From assembly GCA_965223265.1 (NCBI GenBank), contig OZ244999.1:5504001-5568000 (forward strand): a stretch of DNA of 64,000 bases, read 5' to 3'. Each line of letters opens with the position of its first letter. The first letter of the stretch is position 1. A program made the translations under genes and the position numbers. Source of the DNA: Planctomycetota bacterium. GTDB lineage: Bacteria > Planctomycetota > UBA8108 > SXIK01. Shown piece after piece: positions 11,201 through 18,807 of this stretch. Below the pieces are notes generated by a model. That model ran no database searches, was not told the DNA's origin, and was given only the letters and a program-made list of their open reading frames with translations.

Positions 11201-13215
11201 GCGCTGAGAACAGTGTGCGTCGACTGCTGCGAGAGTTCACCGAAAACGGCAACCTCGGCCCGCTGATTGCTGATGTCGAACATGAACCGATTAATCCGAC
11301 GCCTGGTGCAACAGTAACGGTTCGCGCCCGTGTGGTCGACTCCGATGGCATCGGTAGCGTCCGCATCCTGTACCGTGAAGACATCGATTCAGAGGAACCG
11401 TTGGATTTTCTATCCATCGAGATGTCCGAAGTCGCCGGCAGCCGCGACCCGTTGACAGGCGTTGCTACCTACGAAGGCCAGATTCAGCCGATAGAAACGA
11501 GTCAAGTGATCTTCTTCGTCGAAGCAGAAGACGCGTTTGGCACGCAAGGCACTTTCCCGTTCGATGCTCCGGAGAAGACACTCGTCTATCGCTACGCGGA
11601 TCCGTTCCCACACCGGATTGAGGTTCTATTGCCCTTAGCGGAGTGGAGCGAGCTTCGCACGCGGAGACTCCACTCCAATGACTTGGTCGACGGAACAGTC
11701 ACCTACGCGGGCGAGCAAATCTTCTACAACGTGGGCGTACGCTATCGCGGCAGCCCGTGGGGACGTGGCACGCTCGAAAGTATTCGTGTTCGTTTCCCGG
11801 ACGATCGCCTCTACAAGGGAACGCGCCGCGACATCAACATTTCGAATCGCGACAGGACGGATGGTGCCGCGTACCCGGTCGTCGGCCGTAGTGGCAACCG
11901 TGACTCTCCGGTGCCAGTAGCGGACTACAAGTACGTCGCTACTCGGTTCAACGGACGATCGTTCGGTACGCCGGGTGTTTTCGAGCCGTATGATCGCACG
12001 CTCCTTGACAAATGGTATGGACGAGATGTCACGCGCGACGCGGTACTTCTCAAAAGCATCGGCCGACTTCTGTTCAGCGACGGGTGCTCCCGCACCGCTT
12101 GGGACGAAGCCACGATGGCGCATCGCAATGAGAACGCAGAGAACTACCGATTCTACTGGTTTCATAGCATTCATCAGACGCGCGACAACTGGCAACCATT
12201 CATCGACGCGACGCGAATAGCTGACGGACGCGTCACATCAGACGAGGACTTCGACGCGGAGTTCGAGAGCGTCATTGACGTAGAAACCTTTATTCGTGGG
12301 CTGATGCCACGAATCCTCATGTCCGATGGCGACGGACTCTTCGTCGGCAATGGGCACAACGGATATCTGTTCTGGGATCCGTCCGATGGTCGGTGGGAGT
12401 ACTTTCCGTTCGACATGGGCCTCGGATGGGGAGGCACACCGACAAGTCTATTCTCCGTTCGAGATCGTGTCGTGCGCAGGGTGCTCGCGCATCCCCGCTC
12501 ACAGCGTACGTACTACCGAGTGCTCAACGAGTACTTGAACAATTACTGGTCGGAAGAACGAGCCGGTCCCTTTCTCGATGCGCTGCAGGAGCAATCCAAC
12601 AGCGTAGGAACGCAGCAGAAGGCGTTCATACGAGCAAGCAATCCTCGTCTCTTTCGCCTCATAGAACCCTTCGTGAATGCGGAGCTGCGCATCTTGACGA
12701 ACCAGGGCGAAGACTTCAGCGTTGGCACGCCGACGGTCACGCTTTCTGGCGAAGCGTCGACCCTGATGACTCTATTCACCATTCGGCTGAACGGTGGTGC
12801 GCCGCAGGCGTTCGTGCCTGTGTGGACCTCGGCCCTTCAGTGGACGACGACCCTGCCCATGAGTGGCGACTCACTGATGGTTCAGATCGATGGATTCGGG
12901 GTGGACGGCGTTGCGCTGGGGAGCGCTGGAATCACCATTCGGCGGGGCCCGCTGCGCGAGTTCATCCGCGGTGACGTCAACGACGACAACTCGCTCAACA
13001 TCTCTGACGCGATCGAGGCGCTGCTGCATCTCTTTCGCGGTTTCCCGATTGCCTGCCCTGATGCTGCTGACTTCGATGACAGCGGCAACGTTGATCTCAG
13101 CGACGCACTTGGCGTATTGGGGTACGCGTTTCGAGACGGGGACCCACCGGCCTCTCCTTTCCCGGAGCGTGGCGTCGACATCACGGACGACCCGCTGGAG
13201 TGTCGGAGCGAGTAG
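8206..13215 (+). CDS. Secreted lamin-tail-domain (LTD) / CotH-kinase-like / dockerin-type surface protein
   Basis: Signal peptide; three LTD motifs (ISEIHYNP..EFIELTN, FFNELY..WIEIYN, INEIHYHP..EFLELYN); two copies of a WRFRKGTxPFSDPxNAW domain; CotH-like region (VGVRYRG...HNGYLFWD...WEYFPFDM); C-terminal FIRGDVNDDNSLNISD...DFDDSGNVDLSD EF-hand/dockerin. Start moved to the MGRKL ATG. Confidence 0.85.
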   Translation: MGRKLASNFPKRRAVLYFVVALLSRPLDALVISEIHYNPIEGRQLEFIELTNDEPTPEDVSGWSFTEGVRYTFPPGTVVFGGDVLVVCADVESVRSTYGINNVVGNFDGRLDGSGERLTLVNHAGAVIQSLRYQTDGKWPVGPDGGGHSLILRSLHVDTSEPESWTQSPELGGSPGFVNDPEVRIQFDEEVLIEIGDEWRFRKGTSPFSDPENAWQLPEFDDSDWEIGPSGFGFSDDDDATVWDDMQGQYVSGVVRRTFELSEEQFGELDAVFLDINFDDGFCAFINGVEFARTNCPEEPLWNETARGFHEATSRGFELHEMQREDLRVGTNVLAIIGYNRRVNDGDFSLLPRVLHRRSIVPQLGPTRALFFNELYRGSEAEAGWIEIYNAESVARDLSGWSLAADPQQLERFVFGEGNAIPALGYLVVDANIANVALTANEPVQLFLFSPDGFVGAAATFDRLVPDGMAPELFSEARFPDGNGRSWLTPTRTPGATNDVPRVTDVVINEIHYHPPEERAGEFLELYNRGQAAIDLSGFRFTRGIDVTFAGGTVLAPGGYLVLAEDPRLLQQTYGVAGAIEYEGTLANGGENVRLVDTLGNLVDEVRYFDGGTWPLWADGRGSSLELIDPHQDNDFAAAWEASDETGKAPWEQHSFHVPRLGSSSETELQIMLAERGICHIDDVSITGDAFVESPLLPAGAEWRFRKGTGPFSDPANAWMMSEFDDSSWETAVAGFGYGDEGLGTILDDMQENYNTLAIRARFEMTQEQLSNERLEFYFGIYYDDGYCAFLNGELLDRRGCSRNPAWDDTARIGHEADEEITIRIPEERLRVGENVLAVLGVNRVARVAPGSPEFAADDDFTLHPRVFVLRPEGRSQNLLANPGFEEDTATWRFEGTHSRSRRVQDDANGGSACLEMIATGKGDMTCNRIETDTEPRLTADRRYDISLATRWVRGSSLLLVHGTFSPGEWPGTRDSNLSGNEIAQAIRMAIPDDLGTPGAENSVRRLLREFTENGNLGPLIADVEHEPINPTPGATVTVRARVVDSDGIGSVRILYREDIDSEEPLDFLSIEMSEVAGSRDPLTGVATYEGQIQPIETSQVIFFVEAEDAFGTQGTFPFDAPEKTLVYRYADPFPHRIEVLLPLAEWSELRTRRLHSNDLVDGTVTYAGEQIFYNVGVRYRGSPWGRGTLESIRVRFPDDRLYKGTRRDINISNRDRTDGAAYPVVGRSGNRDSPVPVADYKYVATRFNGRSFGTPGVFEPYDRTLLDKWYGRDVTRDAVLLKSIGRLLFSDGCSRTAWDEATMAHRNENAENYRFYWFHSIHQTRDNWQPFIDATRIADGRVTSDEDFDAEFESVIDVETFIRGLMPRILMSDGDGLFVGNGHNGYLFWDPSDGRWEYFPFDMGLGWGGTPTSLFSVRDRVVRRVLAHPRSQRTYYRVLNEYLNNYWSEERAGPFLDALQEQSNSVGTQQKAFIRASNPRLFRLIEPFVNAELRILTNQGEDFSVGTPTVTLSGEASTLMTLFTIRLNGGAPQAFVPVWTSALQWTTTLPMSGDSLMVQIDGFGVDGVALGSAGITIRRGPLREFIRGDVNDDNSLNISDAIEALLHLFRGFPIACPDAADFDDSGNVDLSDALGVLGYAFRDGDPPASPFPERGVDITDDPLECRSE

Positions 13216-13506
13216 CCTCTTTCGTCGCCGCGCCGCGCAAGCCGCATGGACCAGGTAGTCGCGGACGCCGAGGACTTAGAGAGAACGCTTCGGCAAGAGA
13301 GTTTGGCCGTGCGTCGTTGACGCCAAGCTCGACCGCGTCGATACTCAACGGTCTTGCAGATGACGCGCGTTCGTGGTGGTCGAACTGGGCGCGGAGAGAC
13401 GAGTTTTCGGCTCGAAGCACGGATTCAAACGAGCCTGTCTAGCAATGGCTGAGTGGCCAGACCGAGGCGGCCTGGAGTTGCGGTCGGTCACGCATCAGAG
13501 GTGCGC

Positions 13507-13821
13507 ATGATTCTTACAAATGTCGAAAGCGTTCCGGGGCGATCTATCGTCCAGTCCTTCGGATTGGTGCAGGGCAGCACGATACGAGCGAAGCATGTGG
13601 GACGAGATCTCATGGCTGGGCTGAAGAATATCGTTGGTGGCGAGTTGTCCGGCTATACCGAGCTGTTGCGCGAATCGCGTAGGCAGGCGACGGACCGCAT
13701 GATTTCGGAGGCTCAAGATTTGGGCGCCAATGCGATCGTCAATGTTCGCTACTCCACTGCAGCGGTCACTCAGGGTGCGGCGGAAATTCTGGCGTACGGC
13801 ACGGCAGTTTTGGTGGAATAA
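13507..13821 (+). CDS. YbjQ/UPF0145 family (putative heavy-metal-binding) protein
   Basis: MILTNVESVPG...AKHVGRDLMAGLKNIVGGELSGYTELL...GANAIVNVRY...EILAYGTAV is the classic UPF0145 sequence. Confidence 0.92.
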   Translation: MILTNVESVPGRSIVQSFGLVQGSTIRAKHVGRDLMAGLKNIVGGELSGYTELLRESRRQATDRMISEAQDLGANAIVNVRYSTAAVTQGAAEILAYGTAVLVE

Positions 13822-13822
13822 G

Positions 13823-13868
13823 TGCTAAGTCCCACAGTATCTGGCGCGGAAATCCCAGATTAAATGGC
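13823..13868 (+). repeat. Left transposon end: terminal inverted repeat plus two 19-bp end motifs
   Basis: TGCTAAGTCCCACAGTATCTGGCGCG. Motifs AAGTCCCACAGTATCTGGC (13827-13845) and AAATCCCAGATTAAATGGC (13850-13868), period 23 bp. Confidence 0.85.
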
Positions 13869-13956
13869 ATGGTGCTGATTCGCGGGTGCGAGATGCGATT
13901 TGCGAGGCGAGAAGGCGCGGGTCGTCGTGTCCCGGACGGCACGACGACCCGGGGAA

Positions 13957-14274
13957 TCACGAAGGGCGAGGCGTGGCGCGAGCGTCACCGCGACGATCGC
14001 GGAGCTCGGCGAGGAACTCGACGGCGTCGACGAAATTCAGCCGCTTGACGATCATGACCAGGTCGATCGGGTTGAAGTTCGTCTCGCAGCGAAAGCAACG
14101 CGCGAGGTTGGTGGACGCCTTCGTCGCGGTGTTGAATTCGCGACACCGCGGACAGAGGAAGCGCACGTAGCCCTCGGAGATTTTCGCGGGGACGCCGAGC
14201 AGATCGAGGAGCCACGCGATCGGTATATCGTTTCTCAACGACCGCAGGAGCTTGCCGGAGAATCGTCCTGTCAT
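13957..14274 (-). CDS. Stand-alone primase-type (CHC2-like, here C4) zinc-finger protein
   Basis: LRNDIPIAWLL...FLCPRC...ARCFRCETNFNPIDLVMIVKRLNFVDAVEFL matches the DnaG zinc-binding-domain pattern (CFxC..G/NxIDLV...F.EAV..L). No TOPRIM domain follows. Confidence 0.75.
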   Translation of the reverse strand: MTGRFSGKLLRSLRNDIPIAWLLDLLGVPAKISEGYVRFLCPRCREFNTATKASTNLARCFRCETNFNPIDLVMIVKRLNFVDAVEFLAELRDRRGDARATPRPS

Positions 14275-14564
14275 GCGACGCCACCTCCACCGCTCGGCGC
14301 CTTCAAATATCGGATTCGTTGCAGGCTCTCGAGATACTCTTCGAGGACGATCTGGAGCGCTCGCAGCTGAGCGCCCAAGGCGGCGAGATAGGCGTCTTGC
14401 TCGGTGTAGGAGGAGCGTTGCGTGTAGTCGAAGTCGAGATCGGGGTACGCGGCGTTCAGAGCGAACAGGGCGATCTCGAGGTTCGTCGCGAGGGTCATCA
14501 AAACGGCGAGCTCAGGATACTCGGCGAAGTCGTTGACTCGAGGCATCAGGGTCTTGTGGAACAT
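14271..14564 (-). CDS. Small helical hypothetical protein (transposon gene 4)
   Basis: 97 aa, GGAG upstream of the start, ATGA overlap with the downstream gene, operonic position. Confidence 0.65.
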   Translation of the reverse strand: MFHKTLMPRVNDFAEYPELAVLMTLATNLEIALFALNAAYPDLDFDYTQRSSYTEQDAYLAALGAQLRALQIVLEEYLESLQRIRYLKAPSGGGGVA

Positions 14565-14583
14565 GGCGCGTCAGTCTCCGTTC

Positions 14584-15375
14584 TCAGGGCAGATGGAACT
14601 CGGGGGCGGTGTCGTTGACGAGCGCCTCGGAGATCTTCTGGACGTTCTTGCTCGCGGCCTGAATGAGGCAGGCGGTGGCGATGTTGTTGATGCGCCGCGG
14701 CACGCCGCTTGAGTAGTCGTGGATGAGCGACTTCGCTTCAGGCTCGAAGACTTTCTGCGAGGCGCCGGCTGCGCGCATCTGAAAGTCGATGTACTCGACC
14801 GTCTGCTCCTTGCTGAGCGGCGGCACGTGGTAGCGCACGCTGAGCCGATGCGTGAGATCGGCGTGGCGCGCTCGGGTAAGCTCCTTTCTCAGGGTCTCTT
14901 GTCCGCTGAGGAGGATCTTCAATGGCGGGCCGTCCTCGAGTCCGGAGCTGACCAGAAGTCTCAGATCGGTGAGCGACTCCGAAGGAAGCAGGTGCGCTTC
15001 ATCGATGACGAGGATTGTCGTGTGCTCGTTCGCCCCGACGCGATCCAGGATCTGGAGGAAGAGCCGCTCCTTGCCACGGCGGGGCTGCTCGCCGAGGCTG
15101 GAAACCAGGAGCTTCAGAATGCCGTTTGCCCCGACGTAGGTCAGCGAGAGATAGATCGGGTCGTAGAGGTTGCGGCTCAGCGAGCGCACGAAGAGCTTCA
15201 CCAGAGACGACTTCCCCACCCCGGTGAGTCCGGTCACCAGGCCGATCGAGCCCGACTTGGCGAGGTACTCCAGTCGAGCGAGTCCCTGGGTGATGCGCTC
15301 GTCGGAAAGAATCTGCTCGACGGGCGCGCGCTCGAGAAAGGGCTGCGTCGTCATCTTGAAATGGGTGGTGAACAT
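14584..15375 (-). CDS. ExeA/TnsC/MuB-like AAA+ ATPase (transposition regulator)
   Basis: Start MFTTHFKM; Walker A GLTGVGKS; Walker B ILVIDEAH; ILLSGQ; SSGVPRRINN. TGATG coupling to the transposase stop. Confidence 0.9.
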   Translation of the reverse strand: MFTTHFKMTTQPFLERAPVEQILSDERITQGLARLEYLAKSGSIGLVTGLTGVGKSSLVKLFVRSLSRNLYDPIYLSLTYVGANGILKLLVSSLGEQPRRGKERLFLQILDRVGANEHTTILVIDEAHLLPSESLTDLRLLVSSGLEDGPPLKILLSGQETLRKELTRARHADLTHRLSVRYHVPPLSKEQTVEYIDFQMRAAGASQKVFEPEAKSLIHDYSSGVPRRINNIATACLIQAASKNVQKISEALVNDTAPEFHLP

Positions 15376-16937
15376 CAGTCCTCCTTTCTGCCTGCGAGTC
15401 GTTGAAGCTCGTAGGCGATGTAGGGAATGGATTTCTCCGGAGCCTTCTCGAAGGCCCTCAGCAAGAGGACTTCGGTGAGGCTGGGAGTACGGTTGTAGAA
15501 CTTCTTGAGTTCCTCGAGCTCCTCGGCGGTGAAGCTCGAGAGGGCGCCCTTGCGCCCCATGAGCCGGCCGAGAAGGCATGCGAAGTCGGTGAAGGGCCAC
15601 TGGCGAGAGGCGATGACACGACGGTAGTCGATCCCCTGGGCGCGCTTCTTGAGCTCCTCGTCGTGCTCACGGCGAAGAAGCTCCAGATAGTTGTGCTTCG
15701 CTTTGGCGGGAGGGGCGGGAGCACCGGCGTCCTCGCCCTCTTCGCGCTCGTGAAGGACGCCCTTTCCGAGGTACTCTTCGTTGCTGGAGTAGATGAGAAC
15801 CGTGTCGGGCGCGGAGAAGGGATCGTAGCGGACTTCGACCTTGTCACCGCGCAGACTCTTGTCGACGCGATAGAAGCGGCGATCGAGCTGGACGTCGGAG
15901 AAGTCCGGGTGAACGCGCCGCGTCTCGCGGCACATGAAGAACTCGGTGACGCGCTGAATGTCGACGTGTCGGATAGGCCGTTTGAGGCCGGCCTCGGCTC
16001 GTGCCTCGGGTGTTTCGCCGGTCTCGGTGTTGACCTGGCGGTGGTAGGCCACGGTCTTCCAGGAATCGAAGCTTCCGTTGAGCGAGTCGAGAGTGAGGAT
16101 CTCGCCGGCTCTGACCTCGGCCTCGAACTGGCCCTGTATCGTCTCGATGAGTCGTTCGACGAGACCACCCGGTGGCGGATCGCCCTTGCCGCGATGGATG
16201 AGCCGGGTGACAACGGCAAGGCATGCCGCCTTGAGCGCTTTGGAGATATAGACCTTCGCCTGATCGACATAGAGCTCGTCCGAAGCGCCGTGCTTGGCCC
16301 ACGCCCGCAGCAAGCAGTCGATCAAGACCTCGAGATTTTGCCGAAGGTAGTAGCGCCCCTCGACGAGCGAGCGGCTGTAGCAGTCGATGAGAACACAGAG
16401 GAAGGTGGGGACGACTTCGCCGTCGTGCAGCACGTAGGGTCCATCGGCGAAGTCGCCGACCCAGAGGGCATGGGTGGAGTCACGAGTCCAGCGTTTCCGG
16501 ACTTTCCTCCTCTCGACACCGAGCTTCAGCCGCGTCGCGCCGGCGATCTTGAGGTAGCGGAAGAGGGTCGAACGCGGAATGGTCTTTCCGTGCTGAGCCT
16601 GGAGGAACTTGTTGATGGCGAAGTGGGAGCGCAGTGGCTGATCACGCTTCAGCTCGACGGCTTTCTCGACGAGCTCTTTGCCGTGGGCACGCGGTTTCCC
16701 GCGATCGCTTCGCGGCCTGCGGGCAAGACCCTCGAAGCCCTCCTCGCGATAGATGCGAAGCTTCCGCCTCAGGGTCGAAAGAGCCGGCTTGCGTCGCGAT
16801 CCGTCGGGAAAGATGCGCTCTTCTTTGGCGAGCTCGCGGAGAAATCGCGCGGCTTCCTCCTCCGGCACCTCGCCGATGACGACGGGCTGGAGAAGAGCCG
16901 CCCAGAAGATAGCCCAATCGAGATCTTTCGCTTTCAT
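15375..16937 (-). CDS. DDE transposase/integrase (rve core, Mu-transposase C-terminal-like, N-terminal HTH)
   Basis: Start MKAKDLDW after GAGGTG; HTH-like STLRRKLRIYREEGFEGL and IPRSTLFRYL; catalytic WVGD, LYVDQ and GLVERL; C-terminal GDKVEVRYDP. Confidence 0.9.
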   Translation of the reverse strand: MKAKDLDWAIFWAALLQPVVIGEVPEEEAARFLRELAKEERIFPDGSRRKPALSTLRRKLRIYREEGFEGLARRPRSDRGKPRAHGKELVEKAVELKRDQPLRSHFAINKFLQAQHGKTIPRSTLFRYLKIAGATRLKLGVERRKVRKRWTRDSTHALWVGDFADGPYVLHDGEVVPTFLCVLIDCYSRSLVEGRYYLRQNLEVLIDCLLRAWAKHGASDELYVDQAKVYISKALKAACLAVVTRLIHRGKGDPPPGGLVERLIETIQGQFEAEVRAGEILTLDSLNGSFDSWKTVAYHRQVNTETGETPEARAEAGLKRPIRHVDIQRVTEFFMCRETRRVHPDFSDVQLDRRFYRVDKSLRGDKVEVRYDPFSAPDTVLIYSSNEEYLGKGVLHEREEGEDAGAPAPPAKAKHNYLELLRREHDEELKKRAQGIDYRRVIASRQWPFTDFACLLGRLMGRKGALSSFTAEELEELKKFYNRTPSLTEVLLLRAFEKAPEKSIPYIAYELQRLAGRKED

Positions 16938-16977
16938 GATCACACCTCGCATGGGGCGAGCGAGGCGTGATTCTCGC

Positions 16978-17646
16978 TCACGCCCAGGCTGCGGAGGTTG
17001 CCAAGTCGGGGAAGATCGATCGGCCGAAGAGGGAACGGAACACCTGGTCGATCGAGAGAGCTCGAAGTGCCGCGACGAGAGTGTCCCGCCGTGATTCGCT
17101 TCGGTACTTGGCTGGACGGACGGCGAAGACCTTGCGGAAGATGTCGGACCTCGCCGAGCGCTCTCGGATGAGGCGGAGAGCCTCCAGGAGCGTGGCGTTG
17201 AGAGAGCGAAAGAACGAAAGCCAACGATGAAGTGTTGAGTGCGCGAGGCTGCGCTCGTCGATCGCTCCCCTGTCGTCACCCTCGTGGAAGACGGGCATGT
17301 GTTCGACCTTGACGGCTTCGCGATACGAAAGCTCGTCGATCTGGAGGTAGCGCCGAGCGTGATCGAAAACGCAGTCGCGAACGTAGCGTTTCCCCGGCAG
17401 CGCGAAGGGCGGGTAGAGCGTGAAGGAGCGCTTACACAGAGGACACTTCCAGCGACTCAGAAGCGACAGGACAGGTTCGACCAGACGCCTGACGATAACG
17501 AGGAACACGCGCTCTCGGTGACCGCGGTAGCGGAACCGATCTGGCTCCCCGCTGCAATTCGGGCAGCGGTTACAGGTCGGCTGGATCTCACGGCGGCGAA
17601 CAGCTTCGCCATAGCTCTGTATCGCGTTGACCAAATGGGGTAGCAT
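16978..17646 (-). CDS. Zn-ribbon + HTH protein (DUF6431-like), first gene of the transposon
   Basis: CPNC...RWKCPLCKRSFTLYPPFALPGKRY zinc ribbon; LSYREAV...LAHSTLHRWL HTH-like region; GGAGAG upstream of the ATG. Confidence 0.7.
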   Translation of the reverse strand: MLPHLVNAIQSYGEAVRRREIQPTCNRCPNCSGEPDRFRYRGHRERVFLVIVRRLVEPVLSLLSRWKCPLCKRSFTLYPPFALPGKRYVRDCVFDHARRYLQIDELSYREAVKVEHMPVFHEGDDRGAIDERSLAHSTLHRWLSFFRSLNATLLEALRLIRERSARSDIFRKVFAVRPAKYRSESRRDTLVAALRALSIDQVFRSLFGRSIFPDLATSAAWA

Positions 17647-17831
17647 CGCTCTCTCCGTACGGGGACTTGCGGAGAGAAGTGCACCAACACCGGTCTCTCC
17701 GCTCCCCTCTTTACTCGAGGTGAGGCGAGGAGTCGAGCGAAGGTCCAGGGCGCAGCGTCGAACGGGGGGCGCGGGGTAGGCGGGGTATGATCGGACGGTC
17801 GGTTCGGCGGGGTATGCCGGGGCGTTTCCGG

Positions 17832-17887
17832 GTCAGTGAATCTGAGACTCGTCGCTGCTCACGAGCCAGAGTTTGTGGGACTCAGCA
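17832..17887 (-). repeat. Right transposon end: terminal inverted repeat plus two 19-bp end motifs
   Basis: Reverse complement reads TGCTGAGTCCCACAAACTCTGGCTCG. Motifs GAGTCCCACAAACTCTGGC (17883-17865) and GAGTCTCAGATTCACTGAC (17850-17832), period 33 bp. Confidence 0.85.
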
Positions 17888-17903
17888 AATAAGGGAGCTC
17901 ACG

Positions 17904-18365
17904 ATGACAATGTTCCAGATCCTCGTGAACCTATGGCCTGTGCATCTGCTCGTGCTGGCTTGGTTTACCGGCCGGATGCTCGAGCGCCATCACTACCAAA
18001 GTATTCAGGACCGCGAGATGGAGTCGGCGGAACGGCCCGCGACATCGATGCGATCGCTGCCGCTGGAGCGGTGTGCAGGGACGACCGATCTGGCTGTGGG
18101 CTCAGTGGTCATTTCCGTCGATCACTTCAAGCGTTTCCTCGGCTCTTGGCGCAAGATCTTCGGCGGCGAACTTCGGGCGCATGTTTCGGTGATCGATCGC
18201 GGCCGGCGCGAGGCGATCCTCAGGATGAAGGAATCTCACCCCGACGCAGACATGTTCATCAACCTGCGGCTTTACACGTCGTCGATCGTCAACCGGCGTC
18301 AGAACGCCAGTTCGGCTGTTGAGGTCGTCGCGGTCGCGACGGCGATTCGTTTCGAGCGATCGTGA
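17904..18365 (+). CDS. YbjQ/UPF0145 family protein with N-terminal membrane anchor
   Basis: GSVVISVDHFKRFLGSWRKIFGGELRAHVSVIDRGRREAILRMKE is the typical second gene of ybjQ pairs; SD TAAGGGAG upstream. Confidence 0.85.
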   Translation: MTMFQILVNLWPVHLLVLAWFTGRMLERHHYQSIQDREMESAERPATSMRSLPLERCAGTTDLAVGSVVISVDHFKRFLGSWRKIFGGELRAHVSVIDRGRREAILRMKESHPDADMFINLRLYTSSIVNRRQNASSAVEVVAVATAIRFERS

Positions 18366-18454
18366 TCCTGCCCTCTTCCGTCCCACCCCAGGGTCGTCCC
18401 TCCGCGTCGTCCGCTCCCAGGGTTGTCAGCCGAGCAGCCGAGCCGAAGCGGATA

Positions 18455-18475
18455 GCCGATCGCCGATCGCCGATC
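18455..18475 (+). repeat. Heptamer tandem repeat (GCCGATC)x3
   Basis: Directly visible, preceded by degenerate AGCCG units. Confidence 0.7.
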
Positions 18476-18807
18476 GTCGGTTCCCCAGGATTCGCTCGCG
18501 GCTCGCGCTTTCGCCTTTCATCAAGCGTTTCCCTTGTCAGGATCCCGTCGCAGCGGCCCAGCTAGTCAGTCGACCTAATGCGCCTATACAGAGTGCCCTT
18601 AGTTTGTTCTGTTTCGAAGGTTGCGACGGCATCTGCGTCGCTTCCGCTACACTGTCCGAATCCGGACGTCCGATTTTGACATCCGACCACCGACGACCGA
18701 AAGGGTTTCGTCGCGGCAGGCAGGAAGCACGCACGATGAGAACGACTTACGCACAATTCTGCGCGTACCGCAGTTCGTGGAACGCGGTTTGCCCAGAAGT
18801 GCCGCTG

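Larger units (their letters stand above)
13823..17887 (-). mobile_element. Intact 4,065-bp Mu/Tn552/Tn7-related DDE transposon with five genes
   Basis: TG...CA termini; 26-bp imperfect inverted repeats (21/26 identical); AATAAG directly outside both ends (13817-13822, 17888-17893); encodes a DDE transposase and an AAA ATPase; removing it restores a compact two-gene ybjQ operon. Confidence 0.92.

Noticed and set aside
14584-15375. ExeA as a type II secretion component
   Set aside because: It is coupled to a DDE transposase inside TIR/TSD boundaries and has no peptidoglycan-binding or TM region, so it is best read as a transposition ATPase.
15402-16970. Long antisense ORFs (522 aa here; also 55504-56817, 14719-15405, 43097-43999)
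   Set aside because: Shadow frames of well-supported genes in high-GC DNA, with no recognisable motifs.
13957-17646. Mu-like prophage
   Set aside because: No structural, lysis or repressor genes, and the element closes at 4 kb with a target-site duplication.
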